Source of the DNA: a virus
Taxonomy: Duplodnaviria; Caudoviricetes
Virus record (IMG/VR): IMGVR_UViG_2684622926_000002
Location: 8,159 to 72,158 of that record
Strand: one strand, 5' to 3'
Length of the DNA: 64,000 nt
The notes beneath the pieces are model-generated. The model did no database searches, was not told the DNA's origin, and was given only the letters and a program-made list of their open reading frames with translations. How positions within the stretch are numbered: the stretch's first letter is position 1; each line of letters starts with the position of its first letter. Shown piece by piece: positions 10,755-20,751 of this stretch. Both the position numbers and the translations under genes were made by a program.

Positions 10755-11216
10755 TTATTCTAATTTTGGTAGCCTATAACCATCATTTATAAATCTATTA
10801 TTCTCAAAAACTATTACATCCCATAAATTGTTATATCTTGGCGCCAAATTAAAACATATCCAATTATTATTTTTACACAATTGCACCTTATTACTTTTTA
10901 CATTTTCATATAATTCATTAAGAGGCAAAAACTGCATATTTCTTCGTTCAAAATATGCTGAATAATAAACTATCAACCAAGACCATTCTGAATCACTACT
11001 CATTTTATAAAAAGCATCAATTATCTTTTTTTTATCAAAATTTGGATTATTTTTCAAATATTCATCTATTTTAAATGTTGCAGAAATAATATCTGTGGGC
11101 ATGTATGCTTCATTCAATCGAATTTCATATCCATTTTGACCTGTCAAATAATCAAATATTTGATCTTTCTGAACTGCTTGAATAAATAATTCATTAATGT
11201 CTTTTCTTATAACCAT
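10755..11216 (-). CDS. Putative immunity protein
   Basis: 153-aa ORF immediately downstream of the 11239-11750 tip. Confidence 0.65.
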   Translation of the reverse strand: MVIRKDINELFIQAVQKDQIFDYLTGQNGYEIRLNEAYMPTDIISATFKIDEYLKNNPNFDKKKIIDAFYKMSSDSEWSWLIVYYSAYFERRNMQFLPLNELYENVKSNKVQLCKNNNWICFNLAPRYNNLWDVIVFENNRFINDGYRLPKLE

Positions 11217-11238
11217 TTTTATAATACTTTTGTAATTA

Positions 11239-11750
11239 TTACTTAATAAACGGTACCTGATCTACCACTACTTCTGCAATACCTCCAGAGGCTGTACCTA
11301 CCGGTATAAATAACGCATTATCTCCTGATAAATCAGACGATGGAAGTCTAAAATTATGATCTGTAGGTTTAGGTATAGCTATCTTATATGACTCTCTTTT
11401 ACCTTGCCAATCTTTTGCAAGTATACCTAATCCTTTTTTCAATCACAGAAATATCACCATTTGCTTTTTTTCAATGAATCATCTAGTTGACTTGTTGGAG
11501 CGACGAGCTGTCCATCTGGTCTAGCTAAATGGCTTTTTCCTTTACCAAAAAAATCATAAGCATCTCCTGTCATCAAAAAAGAAGCTCCAGAATCAAAATC
11601 TGAATGAACTCCACACTCACTTAATCCCATTGGGTCAACCGCTGCATTAGAGTCGTATACATAAGCATACAAATTTGGATTATTCCTAGCAAGTCTTATA
11701 GGGTCTTTGCTTATATAAGTTCCTGAATTACTATCCTAATATCGGAAATG
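11239..11750 (-). pseudogene. Rhs tip, frameshifted (RPDGQ..GDISVIEK.LGI..PSS..SGDNALFIPVG..GGIAEVVVDQ type; possibly an NAD-acting ART-fold toxin)
   Basis: YDSNAAVDPMGL junction; ORFs 11454-11672 and 11239-11442 join across one frameshift. The activity assignment is weak. Confidence 0.6.
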
Positions 11751-11770
11751 GTTGTGATCTAACTTGATGC

Positions 11771-12342
11771 ATCCTTTTTCTTCGCGCGAGGTTTTTCTTT
11801 TAGCTTCAACTCTGTTTCAGTTGAAACAGAAAGATAAAAGTACAATCAAAAAAAACAGATACCTTTTCATAGAATCAAAGATAAATTTTTTCTTCCAAAT
11901 GAAATAAAAAGATTAGACGTATTTTTAGTTGTTTATAGGGGATGCTTTTAGGAGTTGGCTGATAAACAACTAAAAAACGTACGAGGTCTTTTGTAACTCG
12001 TTACAAAAACGAGTTTTAAGCGGTGTTGCAAGCAGTAAAGCGAGAGTGCAAGTGCGGGCGGTGTGATCTTGCCAAAAATAAAATCCATTCCTTAGACTAT
12101 TTGGGCGAATAAACTGCCCGTGAACGGTGTCACAGGTGGTTTACCTATTTTCAAATGAACTTCGTCGCCGCGACACGATGCACCAGTCTACAAGCAAAAA
12201 ACAGAAGCTTTAGCAGATGCGCTAGCAAACGAAGAAACAGCGGATGAGGAGAAGCGAAACACCTGAAGAGTGCAAGGGTAAGCAAGCGTTAGTAAAGCTG
12301 GAGCGCAAGCACCGGAACAGAGTTTGAGCGCCGACGAATGCC
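11771..12342. repeat. ~570 bp structured non-coding module, full copy 1
   Basis: Near-identical to 16701-17272 and 20054-20622; contains the TTTTGTAAC-TC-GTTACAAAA palindrome and a GC-rich GAAGCG/GCGCAAGC tract. Confidence 0.93.
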
Positions 12343-12378
12343 TTTTTAAAATAAGTTTTATTCTTCCCCTTTTAATAA

Positions 12379-12747
12379 TCAATTATTATTTTTATAGGTA
12401 AATAGTAAAGTTTTACTTTCTGCTTCATAAACCCGAATTTCATTTTTTATTGTACTACCAATATATTCTATAAAATCAAATACAGGCTTTAATTCTTCCA
12501 TTGTTAATGAATAAACAGAACTAGTGAATAGAGAGATAACATTTTCACCTTTGTACTCTGAGATAAGCTCCAAATTAAGTGAGATTATTTTTAATTGATT
12601 TTCAATATTAGAATGCTCAAAATTTAAATCTCCTTTTTCGAAATATTCAATAGCATACTTCTGTTCTAAAATACTTTTTAATACTAGCCAGTTTTGTAAT
12701 GAAGTATTGAGTAGTTGGATTTCTATTATTAGGCTTTCTGATTGCAT
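12379..12747 (-). CDS. Putative immunity protein (duplicated, copy 1)
   Basis: Nearly identical to 17309-17677; start inferred at MQSES from the second copy. Confidence 0.75.
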   Translation of the reverse strand: MQSESLIIEIQLLNTSLQNWLVLKSILEQKYAIEYFEKGDLNFEHSNIENQLKIISLNLELISEYKGENVISLFTSSVYSLTMEELKPVFDFIEYIGSTIKNEIRVYEAESKTLLFTYKNNN

Positions 12748-12837
12748 AAGGCAAAAATAAAAGAAAAAAAGGCAACTCATAAAAGTTGGCTTTTGTTTTT
12801 TTTGTAAACTTCAAAAAAGTAATAAGGTAGTACCTTA

Positions 12838-13047
12838 TTAATGTATCTTTGGTGAACTAAACGTAATTGATGTTTTGAAATCGGGTTGTTTTTTAGTGAT
12901 GGATTCTTTATATAAAGTAACTCCAATAAGTTTTCCATCTAAAAAGTAATTACACTCATAATCACACTATTAGAAAATATACTAACTATTGTCATAGCCG
13001 GACTATCACTTTTTAGGTACACTACATCACCTCTTTTATTTCTTCAT
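12838..13047 (-). pseudogene. YodC/DUF2158-like small protein, frameshifted
   Basis: Reads KRGDVVYLKSDSPAMTIVSIFSN..YECNYFLDGK, matching the GDVVxLKSGGPxMTV..CxWF pattern. Confidence 0.5.
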
Positions 13048-13104
13048 AATTTTTTGATTATAAGATTATATATTCATTAACTAATTCATTATTTTAGTGA
13101 AAGT

Positions 13105-13380
13105 TTATTGATCAAGAAAAAAACGACTTTTGATATTTCCTTGTCTACATAGTTTACATATACGTTCAAGTATTAGCTTTTTGTTCTTTACTTCTGAGGT
13201 AGTATTATTTTTATTTATTTGAATTAAACTTTCTGGATAAATTGCAATATCATAATCTTCACTTACTACCATCTCACTATCTATAAAGTATTCATTATTA
13301 TTTGCATCAAAATATTCTATTCCAGATCTTCCTTTAATTACAATATAGTCTTCTGCTATTTCATCTTTAATTATGGCCAT
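13105..13380 (-). CDS. Imm74-like immunity protein
   Basis: KGRSGIEY..EYFIDSEMV..IAIYPES motif; overlaps the stop of an ARC-like toxin. Confidence 0.65.
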   Translation of the reverse strand: MAIIKDEIAEDYIVIKGRSGIEYFDANNNEYFIDSEMVVSEDYDIAIYPESLIQINKNNTTSEVKNKKLILERICKLCRQGNIKSRFFLDQ

Positions 13381-13742
13381 GTTCCTGTTTTTAATTTGTT
13401 AGAATTTATATCTCTAATTTCTGTTGTTAATCCTTTTTTGTCAAGAATTAGTTTTTCTATTTTTTTCCATACACTATCAGCCCGTCTATATCGAGAGGAA
13501 TCAATAAAAGCAATTGTATGTGTTCGAGATTTTGGAGTAGAAGCAGCAAAATCAGCTGAAGTTTTTTTCCATAATGATTCAGCATCAACCCAATCCATAT
13601 CTTTAGTCCAAGCTTCCAAAGCTTTCCCTTGTGGTGTCATTTCAAGAATAGTTCCTCCAATACTTTCTGCATATTCTTGAGCAGTTTGTTGAGTTAGTCT
13701 CCCTCCAGACCAAAAAACTTTTATTTTTTTATCCAACCCCAC
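13371..13742 (-). CDS. Rhs tip: ADP-ribosyl-cyclase-like (Tox-ARC/Tne2-type) NADase toxin domain, open frame
   Basis: FWSG, ILEMT, WKKTSADFA and SVWKKIE motifs parallel CD38-family WS, TLEDT, WKTVSRRFA and STFGSVE. Confidence 0.78.
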   Translation of the reverse strand: MGLDKKIKVFWSGGRLTQQTAQEYAESIGGTILEMTPQGKALEAWTKDMDWVDAESLWKKTSADFAASTPKSRTHTIAFIDSSRYRRADSVWKKIEKLILDKKGLTTEIRDINSNKLKTGTWP

Positions 13743-13999
13743 GGGGCGACCATCGTATTGGAGTCATGAGTATAAGCATACAAATTTGGGTTATTCCCAG
13801 CGAGTCAGATAGAGTCTTTGCTTATATAAATTCCTGAATTACTATCGTAATATCGGAAACGATTGTGGTCTAACCCTGTGCATCCTTTTTCTTCGCGCGA
13901 GGTTTTACTTTTAGCTTCAACTCTGTTTCAGTTGAAATAAAAAGATAAAAGTATAATGAAAAAAACAGATACCTTTTCATAGAATCAAAGATAAATTTT
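13743..13999 (-). pseudogene. Rhs core-end remnant plus the first ~120 bp of the non-coding module
   Basis: TGLDHNRFRYYDSNSGIYISKDSI.LAGNNPNLYAY junction; the module is cut by an IS end at 14000. Confidence 0.85.
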
Positions 14000-14092
14000 T
14001 GGAATGTCTACACTTTTTCATACAACAAAATTAAGGGGTAACTGTTTATTAAATGCCATCGGCGTCAAATAACCTAATGATGAATGCAGCCG
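14000..14092. mobile_element. IS3-family end fragment
   Basis: TGGAATGTCTACACTTTTTCATACAACAAAATTAAGGGG, as at 27205, an imperfect inverted repeat of the end at 24109. Confidence 0.75.
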
Positions 14093-14229
14093 ATTTGTTT
14101 AAAGACCCAGTAATGCTCCAAAGGCTCGCTGAACTCGACAGAATGGACAACACCGAAAAAAGCCATATTCTGCACGTGCTCGACGGTTTTATTAAATCCG
14201 TAAAACTTAAAAATATTGCTGCACTGTAA
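14093..14229 (+). pseudogene. 3' remnant of an XRE-family regulator (paralog of 24141-24497)
   Basis: DLFKDPVMLQRLAELDRMDNTEKSHILHVLDGFIKSVKLKNIAAL*. Confidence 0.88.
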
Positions 14230-14282
14230 AATAAACAAAGCCACTCATTTGAGTGGCTTTAATGTTTGTATACAATTCAGTT

Positions 14283-14642
14283 TTACAAGACTCTTATATC
14301 ATTAATTTCAATTTTTGGCACTCCATTGTCGTTATAGCAAGACAATGACAATGTTAAATCACTTCTCCCTTCCTCTTTTGTCCAAAGGGGTAAATAAATA
14401 TCAATTCTATTTTCAGAGGTAATATCGTATGCTTCTGCTATTGAGAATGCCTTATCAGGCAATGAAACAATAGTACATCCGTAATCGTCAATAACTCTTT
14501 TCAAATCTTCAATATTAACTCTTCCGTTTTGCCCATTGGTCTTAATTAAATCATATTCTTTGTTCGAAATACGAATTACTAACTTTTTTATAAGTGGCTT
14601 ATATTGTTCAATCTTTTGTTCCATAGTAATGATTTTATCCAC
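14283..14642 (-). CDS. Putative immunity protein (PLWTxEEGRSDLTL family)
   Basis: Conserved-looking motif LPLWTKEEGRSDLTLSL; overlaps the toxin stop. Confidence 0.7.
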   Translation of the reverse strand: MDKIITMEQKIEQYKPLIKKLVIRISNKEYDLIKTNGQNGRVNIEDLKRVIDDYGCTIVSLPDKAFSIAEAYDITSENRIDIYLPLWTKEEGRSDLTLSLSCYNDNGVPKIEINDIRVL

Positions 14643-15400
14643 ATCCTTTTCTATTTCTAGGACGACGTGTAACTGTATCTTTTGTTACACCAATAGACTC
14701 GAAATATTTATCTGCGTCAAGAATTGCTGCCCGTGCTTGTTCTAGTGATAAACCTACTTCTCTTAGAGCTCGATAACCAATTCTTCGTTCTGCTCCATAT
14801 GTTCCTCCTCCTGCCATTCTTTGGCTTGTGTTGCTTTATAGTGCGGAGTTCCTATTTGCGTAGAAGGACCTTCTAACTGAACGCCAGGTGCTTTATTGGT
14901 ATCGTATTCTGGTAATCTCTAATGGCTGCATCTTGAATTACGTAATGAGCATCTTTTAATCCTGCAGAGCGTAATTCCCCAATGGGTGTCGTAGCTCCTT
15001 CTAATCCCAATAGATCAACCCAAGTGTTTGTATCTTTCACATAGGCATAAAAATTAGGCTGACCGCTGAGTAACCCAATGGGGTCTTTGCTTATATAGGT
15101 TCCTGAATTACTTTCGTAATATCGGAAACGATTATAATAGCGTCCTCCAAGTTCCTCATCCTCATACTGACCAAGCAGCCTGAAAGGTTAGAAATGCTTA
15201 TTGTTAAAGCAATCTTCCCAGATTCTACCATAAATATCAAACGCAACCTGCCAAACAAGTTTTCCTTTTTCATCGTAATCCTGAGCGGGGCTTTCAAAAT
15301 AATCAGATAGAATAAAGTAGGTGTTATCATCCGATATTTTAGCAGTTGGCACTAAACTTCCATCTTCATACAGCCAAGTAATAACGTTATGGGGCGGTTC
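14635..15400 (-). pseudogene. Rhs core remnant plus Tox-SHH-like HNH nuclease tip (frameshifted)
   Basis: DPLGL..DAHYVIQDAA..APGVQLEGPSTQIGTPHY..GGGTYGAERRIGYRAL..DKYFESIG. Confidence 0.68.
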
Positions 15401-15459
15401 AGTGTAACTATCCCCTAAAATAGTAGATAAAAAAGTAGAAACTTCTCTATAATATTTTT

Positions 15460-15735
15460 ATGACAACCCTAAACAAAAAGGTCGATTTTTCAAAATAAGA
15501 AATTCAACAATTTCTAACCACATTAAACCATTTTAAACATTTTGAAGATTACCAGCAGCTAGGTTATACGCTGCATTCAGTTGGTAATATTATGCCAACA
15601 GCTTTACTGGCAGAAACGGAATGCAAAAGCCTTACCCTTTGCCACAAACCGCTGGACTTATACAATATCTTTACCCTTATTAAAATCCTTATTCCCAAGG
15701 ACGAACTCGAACTTTTGGATAAGCTCAATGCTTAA
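15460..15735 (+). pseudogene. Small ORF (~90 aa, ends LIPxDELELLDKL), full-length but broken copy
   Basis: MTTLNKKVDFSK*EIQQFLTTLNHFKHFEDYQQLGY...; the 3' end recurs near 4490, 7770, 19050, 20630, 22770 and 26150. Confidence 0.75.
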
Positions 15736-15792
15736 AAAATAAAAAAACCAACTTTAAATGTTGGCTTTTTTGTTTCTTATAAGCAATTACGT

Positions 15793-16122
15793 CTAACCTT
15801 TTATTATTTCAAATTTTGGAAATTGTTCTATAACAAATTTTAATCTATCAGTAATATCTATTATATGCTGATCATTACCTTTAGAAAGCACATCATTTAT
15901 TTCTAAGCTAAACAAATCTAATTGCTCTGGATTTTGCATAATTCCAAAATAAAAACCTAATATATTATCGGTATAAATAAAAGGAACTTCATCACGTAAG
16001 TAATTGTCTAACCCGTAAAACATTTCTTCTTTATCAAAAATTAACTTAGATAATATATTACCTACTTTAATAATATCTTTTTCAGAATATTTAAAAATTA
16101 CATTTCCTTTAAAATATTTCAT
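15793..16122 (-). CDS. Putative immunity protein
   Basis: 109-aa ORF after an NTase-like tip. Confidence 0.65.
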   Translation of the reverse strand: MKYFKGNVIFKYSEKDIIKVGNILSKLIFDKEEMFYGLDNYLRDEVPFIYTDNILGFYFGIMQNPEQLDLFSLEINDVLSKGNDQHIIDITDRLKFVIEQFPKFEIIKG

Positions 16123-16209
16123 TTTTATTGATTAATTTAATATTATACTTATAAAATATTTGCACACCTTCATCTATTAAACTCCCTATTTTTCCTGATT
16201 TAAATATCC

Positions 16210-16700
16210 TTATATCCATAGGTTTTTAGGGTCAAATCTATATCCAGAAAAACTATCAATAAACACATTTTCCATTTCATTAACAATATCACCTGCTCCA
16301 GTTTTTCTCATTCCCCGCCACCAATCATTTTTAGAAAATACATCTGAATCATATAGTTTGTCAATAACAATAAAAACATCAATATTTGTGGGATCAAAAG
16401 GTGCATTTCCTTTATGAGGGCCTTTTACGCCTGTTGCGGCAGAACCTCTAAAACCTATTTGAGCATTAGGAGCTAGTTTCTTAATTTTATCTTCAAAATC
16501 TTTTAAAATACTTTGTATTTTTTTATTGACATCTTTAAATCCACACTCATTTAACCCGAACGGGTCAACCATCGTATTTGAGTCGTGAGTATAGGCGTAT
16601 AAATTCGGGTTATTCCCTGCGAGTCCGATGGGGTCTTTGCTAATGTAGGAACCTGTTTCAGGAGAGTAGTACCGGAAACGGTTGTGATCTAACTTGGTGC
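16210..16700 (-). pseudogene. Rhs remnant plus nucleotidyltransferase-fold-like toxin tip (ORF 16210-16572, probably frameshifted near its end)
   Basis: MVDPFGL junction, then IGFRGSAATG..PFDPTNIDVFIV, resembling the pol-beta hG[GS]x9-13DhD motif. Confidence 0.6.
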
Positions 16701-17272
16701 ATCTTTTTTCTTCGCGCGAGGTTTTACTTTTAGCTTAAACTCTGTTCCAGTTGAAACAAAAAGATAAAAGTATAATGAAAAAAAACAGATACCTTTTCAT
16801 AGAATCAAAGATAAATTTTTTCTTCCAAATAAAATAAAAAGATTAGACGTATTTTTAGTTGTTTATAGGGAATGCTTTTAGGAGTTGGCTGATAAACAAC
16901 TAAAAAACGTACGAGGTCTTTTGTAACTCGTTACAAAAACGAGTTTTAAGCGGTGTTGCGAGCAGTAAAGCGAGAGTGCAAGCGCAGGCGGTGAGATCTT
17001 GCCCAAAATAAAATCCATTCCTTAGACCATTTTGGCGAATAAACTGCCCGTGAACAGCGTCACAGGTGGTTTACCTATTTTCAAATGAACTTCGTCGCCG
17101 TGGCGCGCTGCACCAGCCTACAAGCAAAAAAGATAAGCTGTGGCGGATGCTTCAGCAGACGAAGAAAAAACGGATGAGGAGAAGCGAAACACGTGAAGAG
17201 TGCAAGGGTAAGCAAGCGTTAGTAAAGCTGGAGCGCAAGCACCGGAACAGAGTTTGAGCGCCTACGAATGCC
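16701..17272. repeat. ~570 bp structured non-coding module, full copy 2
   Basis: Near-identical to 11771-12342; the duplication extends through the adjacent gene to ~17720. Confidence 0.93.
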
Positions 17273-17308
17273 TTTTTAAAATAAGTTTTATTCTTCCCCT
17301 TTTAATAA

Positions 17309-17677
17309 TCAATTATTATTTTTATAGGTAAATAGTAAAGTTTTACTTTCTGCTTCATAAACCCGAATTTCATTTTTTATTGTTCTACCAATATATTCTA
17401 TAAAATCAAATACAGGCTTTAATTCTTCCATTGTTAATGAATAAACAGAACTAGTGAATAGAGAGATAACATTTTCACCTTTGTACTCTGAGGTAAGCTC
17501 CAAATTAAGTGAGATTATTTTTAATTGATTTTCAATATTAGAATGCTCAAAATTTAAATCTCCTTTTTCGAAATATTCAATAGCATACTTCTGTTCTAAA
17601 ATACTTTTTAATACTAGCCAGTTTTGTAATGAAGTATTGAGTAGTTGGATTTCTATTATTAGGCTTTCTGATTGCAT
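17309..17677 (-). CDS. Putative immunity protein (duplicated, copy 2)
   Basis: Differs from 12379-12747 at only about two residues. Confidence 0.75.
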   Translation of the reverse strand: MQSESLIIEIQLLNTSLQNWLVLKSILEQKYAIEYFEKGDLNFEHSNIENQLKIISLNLELTSEYKGENVISLFTSSVYSLTMEELKPVFDFIEYIGRTIKNEIRVYEAESKTLLFTYKNNN

Positions 17678-17751
17678 AAGGCAAAGCTAAAAATAAAAAG
17701 CCAACTTTTTAAAGTTGGCTTTTTGTTATTTAAATTCTATTCGACTACTAA

Positions 17752-18090
17752 CTATTTGTACTTATTTTCACAAATAATTACACCTGATAATCCTACTGAT
17801 GAATTTATATAAAAAATTAATAAATCAGTATTTATATAATTTTTTAAAAAAGGATAATCTTCCATTATGGGAACTGGCAGTTCATTTGTTTTATAACTAT
17901 TGATTTCAAATATAACATTTTGATCTGAAAAGAAATTAAATTCAAACTGAAGAATATTTGAAAAAATAATCTCTTGAGAGTTATCACAAAGTAATTTTAA
18001 AATATTTTGGCTTTTATCATGATAAATACCATTAATACTTATATCATGATAATCTTTATACACATGTAAATTTTCCATTTTTTGCATCAT
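17752..18090 (-). CDS. Putative immunity protein for the Ntox24-like tip
   Basis: 112-aa ORF overlapping the toxin 3' end. Confidence 0.65.
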   Translation of the reverse strand: MMQKMENLHVYKDYHDISINGIYHDKSQNILKLLCDNSQEIIFSNILQFEFNFFSDQNVIFEINSYKTNELPVPIMEDYPFLKNYINTDLLIFYINSSVGLSGVIICENKYK

Positions 18091-18409
18091 CTATTAACGA
18101 TAAATCATCAGAATCAATAACTCTTCCATCACTCCTTACTTTATTAGGGGCTTTATCTGATGGATAATCCCAATCATGAGCATGAGGATCTCCAAAACCA
18201 TGATCATGTCCAAAATCTATATCTTTTACAGGATTACCATTAGAATCATAAGTTCTTATTTGAATTATATCTCCTGTTTCTGGATTTGTTTTAACAAGAG
18301 TTCCATTACTAGGACCATAGACACCTGTTCTACTTCCTTCTGGTAATCTACTACTCATTGGTTTTCTCGCCAACCCAAATGGATCAATATAGAAATTAAT
18401 ATCCTTCAC
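18056..18409 (-). CDS. Rhs tip: polymorphic toxin type 24 (Ntox24)-like putative RNase, open frame
   Basis: IDPFGL junction; IRTYDSNGNPVKDIDFGHDHGFGDPHAHDW motif. Confidence 0.75.
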   Translation of the reverse strand: MKDINFYIDPFGLARKPMSSRLPEGSRTGVYGPSNGTLVKTNPETGDIIQIRTYDSNGNPVKDIDFGHDHGFGDPHAHDWDYPSDKAPNKVRSDGRVIDSDDLSLIDDAKNGKFTCV

Positions 18410-18760
18410 ATATCCATAAACATTCAGCCCACCATCTATCCCAATCGGGTCTTTACTAATATACGCGCCTGTTTTGGGGGAGTAGTAACGGAAACGATTA
18501 TAATAGCGTCCTCCAAGTTCCTCATACTGACCAAGTTGCCTGAAAAGTTAGAAATGCTTATTGTTAAAGCTATCTTCCCGTATTCTACCATAAATATCAA
18601 ACTCTACCTGCCAAACAAGCTTTCCTTTTTCATCGTAATCCTGAGCGGGACTTTAAAATAATCAGATAGAATAAAGTAGGTGTTATCATCCGATATTTTA
18701 GTAGTTGGCACTAAACTAAACTTCCATCTTCATACAGCCAAATAGTAACGTTATGGGTCG
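18410..18760 (-). pseudogene. Rhs core-end remnant
   Basis: Near-duplicate of 15090-15400 (TWLYEDGS..KISDDNTYFILSDY..GQYEELGGRYYNRFRYY). Confidence 0.88.
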
Positions 18761-18823
18761 GTTCAGTGTAACTATCCCCTAAAATAGTACATAAAAAAGT
18801 AGAAACTTCTCTATAATATTTTT

Positions 18824-19096
18824 ATGACAACCCTAAACAAAAAGGTCGATTTTTCAAAATAAGAAATTCAACAATTTCTAACCACATTAAACCATTTTAA
18901 ACATTTAGAAGATTACCAGCAGCTAGGTTATACGCTGCATTCACTTGGTAATATTATGCAAACGGCTTTACTGGCTGAAATGGAACATCCTAAATATTCC
19001 AACCATAATAAATGGGATATGTACAATCTTCTATCTCTTATCAAAAGCCTGGTTCCTAGTAACAAATTGGAATTGCTTGATAAACTCAACGATTAA
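18824..19096 (+). pseudogene. Small ORF (~90 aa), second full-length copy with an in-frame TAA at codon 13
   Basis: MTTLNKKVDFSK*EIQQF...WDMYNLLSLIKSLVPSNKLELLDKLND*. Confidence 0.75.
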
Positions 19097-19231
19097 ACAG
19101 AAGAGGCTGTCCAAAAGAAGGATAGCCTCATTTTTATAAATTCTTTTCAATTAGTTCAGAAAATGAGTTTGAATATAGTTCTTCATACTCATTATCATGA
19201 TAAGAAATTAGATCATTTCAATTATATATAT

Positions 19232-19453
19232 CTATTTTTTATTTTTAACAAACTTAAATATTTTGAAATGTTCTTTATCATTTATCATTAATCTTGCCAT
19301 AGGAACATCTATCATTATATTTCCACACTTACATTCAGAAAATGTTTCGGGCAAACTATTTACATTGGTATTACACAATGTACATTCATAATAAATATTT
19401 TTTCCTGTAGGATAGCCTTTCTCTTTTTGATAAGTTATATATTCTTTTTCCAT
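19232..19453 (-). CDS. Putative immunity protein, small Zn-ribbon-like (CxxC..CxC)
   Basis: YECTLCNT..SECKCGNI; lies 10 bp downstream of the TNT tip. Confidence 0.6.
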   Translation of the reverse strand: MEKEYITYQKEKGYPTGKNIYYECTLCNTNVNSLPETFSECKCGNIMIDVPMARLMINDKEHFKIFKFVKNKK

Positions 19454-19463
19454 TTTTATAATT

Positions 19464-20050
19464 CTAAGGACATATTATCTTTCGATCAACAACTTCCAAA
19501 TGCCCTGAATCAATTAAATCTCCTATTGTTTTATTTTTAGTAAAGAATTGTTGAGCTTCTCCTTTTTTACCTAACCAAGGGGTTATATCTCCAGCATCAA
19601 CTTCAAATAATTTCTTAACTCTATATGTTGTTAATATGGTACCTTCTTTTACTGGTAACATAGCCCTATTTGTAAAGGGAACTCCTGACTCTGCTAAGAA
19701 TTTACCTCTATGATTAAAAACTCCTTCAGTGTCAAACTAACCACCATATCTATCTAACAACATACCTTGAGATAAATTTACTGTATTCCTACCACCTGAA
19801 AATCCATCATTTTGAGGCCATGCAAATTTTGTAAATTTTCCGTCTGAATCATGCCATCTACCAGTGTTATCAATTTTATATGGCGTACCTTTAGGTTAAG
19901 CCATCAACCCGAACGGGTCAACCTGTGTATTAGAGCCGTGAGTTTAAGCGTATAAATTTGGGTTATTCCCAGCAAGTCCGATAGAGTCTTTGCTTATATA
20001 AGTTACTGATTTACTATCGTAATATCGGAAACGATTGTGGTCTAACCCTG
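19464..20050 (-). pseudogene. Rhs remnant plus TNT (tuberculosis necrotizing toxin-like) NAD+ glycohydrolase tip with stop codons
   Basis: WPQNDGF..LDRYGG*..GKFLAESGVPFTNRAM..YRVKK..AGDITPWLGKKGEAQQF..LIDSGHL. Confidence 0.82.
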
Positions 20051-20053
20051 TGT

Positions 20054-20622
20054 ATCCTTTTTCTTCGCGCGAGGTTTTACGTTTAGCTTCATTCTGTTAC
20101 AGTTGAAATAAAAAGATAAAAGTACAATCAAAAAAAACAGATACCTTTTCATAGAATCAAAGATAAATTTTTTCTTCCAAATGAAATAAAAAGATTAGAC
20201 GTATTTTTAGTAGTTTATAGAGGATGCTTTCTGAGTTGGCGGATAAACAACTAAAAAACGTACGAGGTCTTTTGTAACTCGTTACAAAAACGAGCTTTAA
20301 GCGGTGTTGCGAGCAGTAAAGCGAGAGTGCAAGCGCGAGCGGTGAGATCTTGCCAAAAATAAAATCCATTCCTTAGACTATTTTGGCGAATAAACTGCCC
20401 GTGAACGGTGTCACAGGTGGTTTACTTATTTTCAAATGAACTTCGTCGCCGTGGCGCGCTGCACCAGTCTGCGAGCAAAAAGATAAACTGTGGCGGATGC
20501 GCCAGCAGACGAAGAAACAGCGGATGAGGAGAAGCGAAACACGTGAAGAGTGCAAGGGTAAGCAAGCGTTAGCGAAGCTGGAGCGCAAGCACCGGAACAG
20601 AGTTTAAGCGTTGACGAATGCC
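20054..20622. repeat. ~570 bp structured non-coding module, full copy 3
   Basis: Same sequence as copies 1 and 2 with scattered substitutions. Confidence 0.93.
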
Positions 20623-20751
20623 TTCTACAACTCATGCGTTCCCTTATCCCTGAAGAGGAACTCGAACTCCTTGATAAGAAAAATAGTTAAATGAAAAAGC
20701 CAACTTTTATAAGTTGGCTTTTGGTGTTATTTCTATTCTATAAATAATATA

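Noticed and set aside
12188-20635. ORFs 12188-12382, 17066-17257, 20157-20369, 20373-20588 and 20432-20635 inside the non-coding module
   Set aside because: Frames, starts and stops are not conserved between the near-identical copies.
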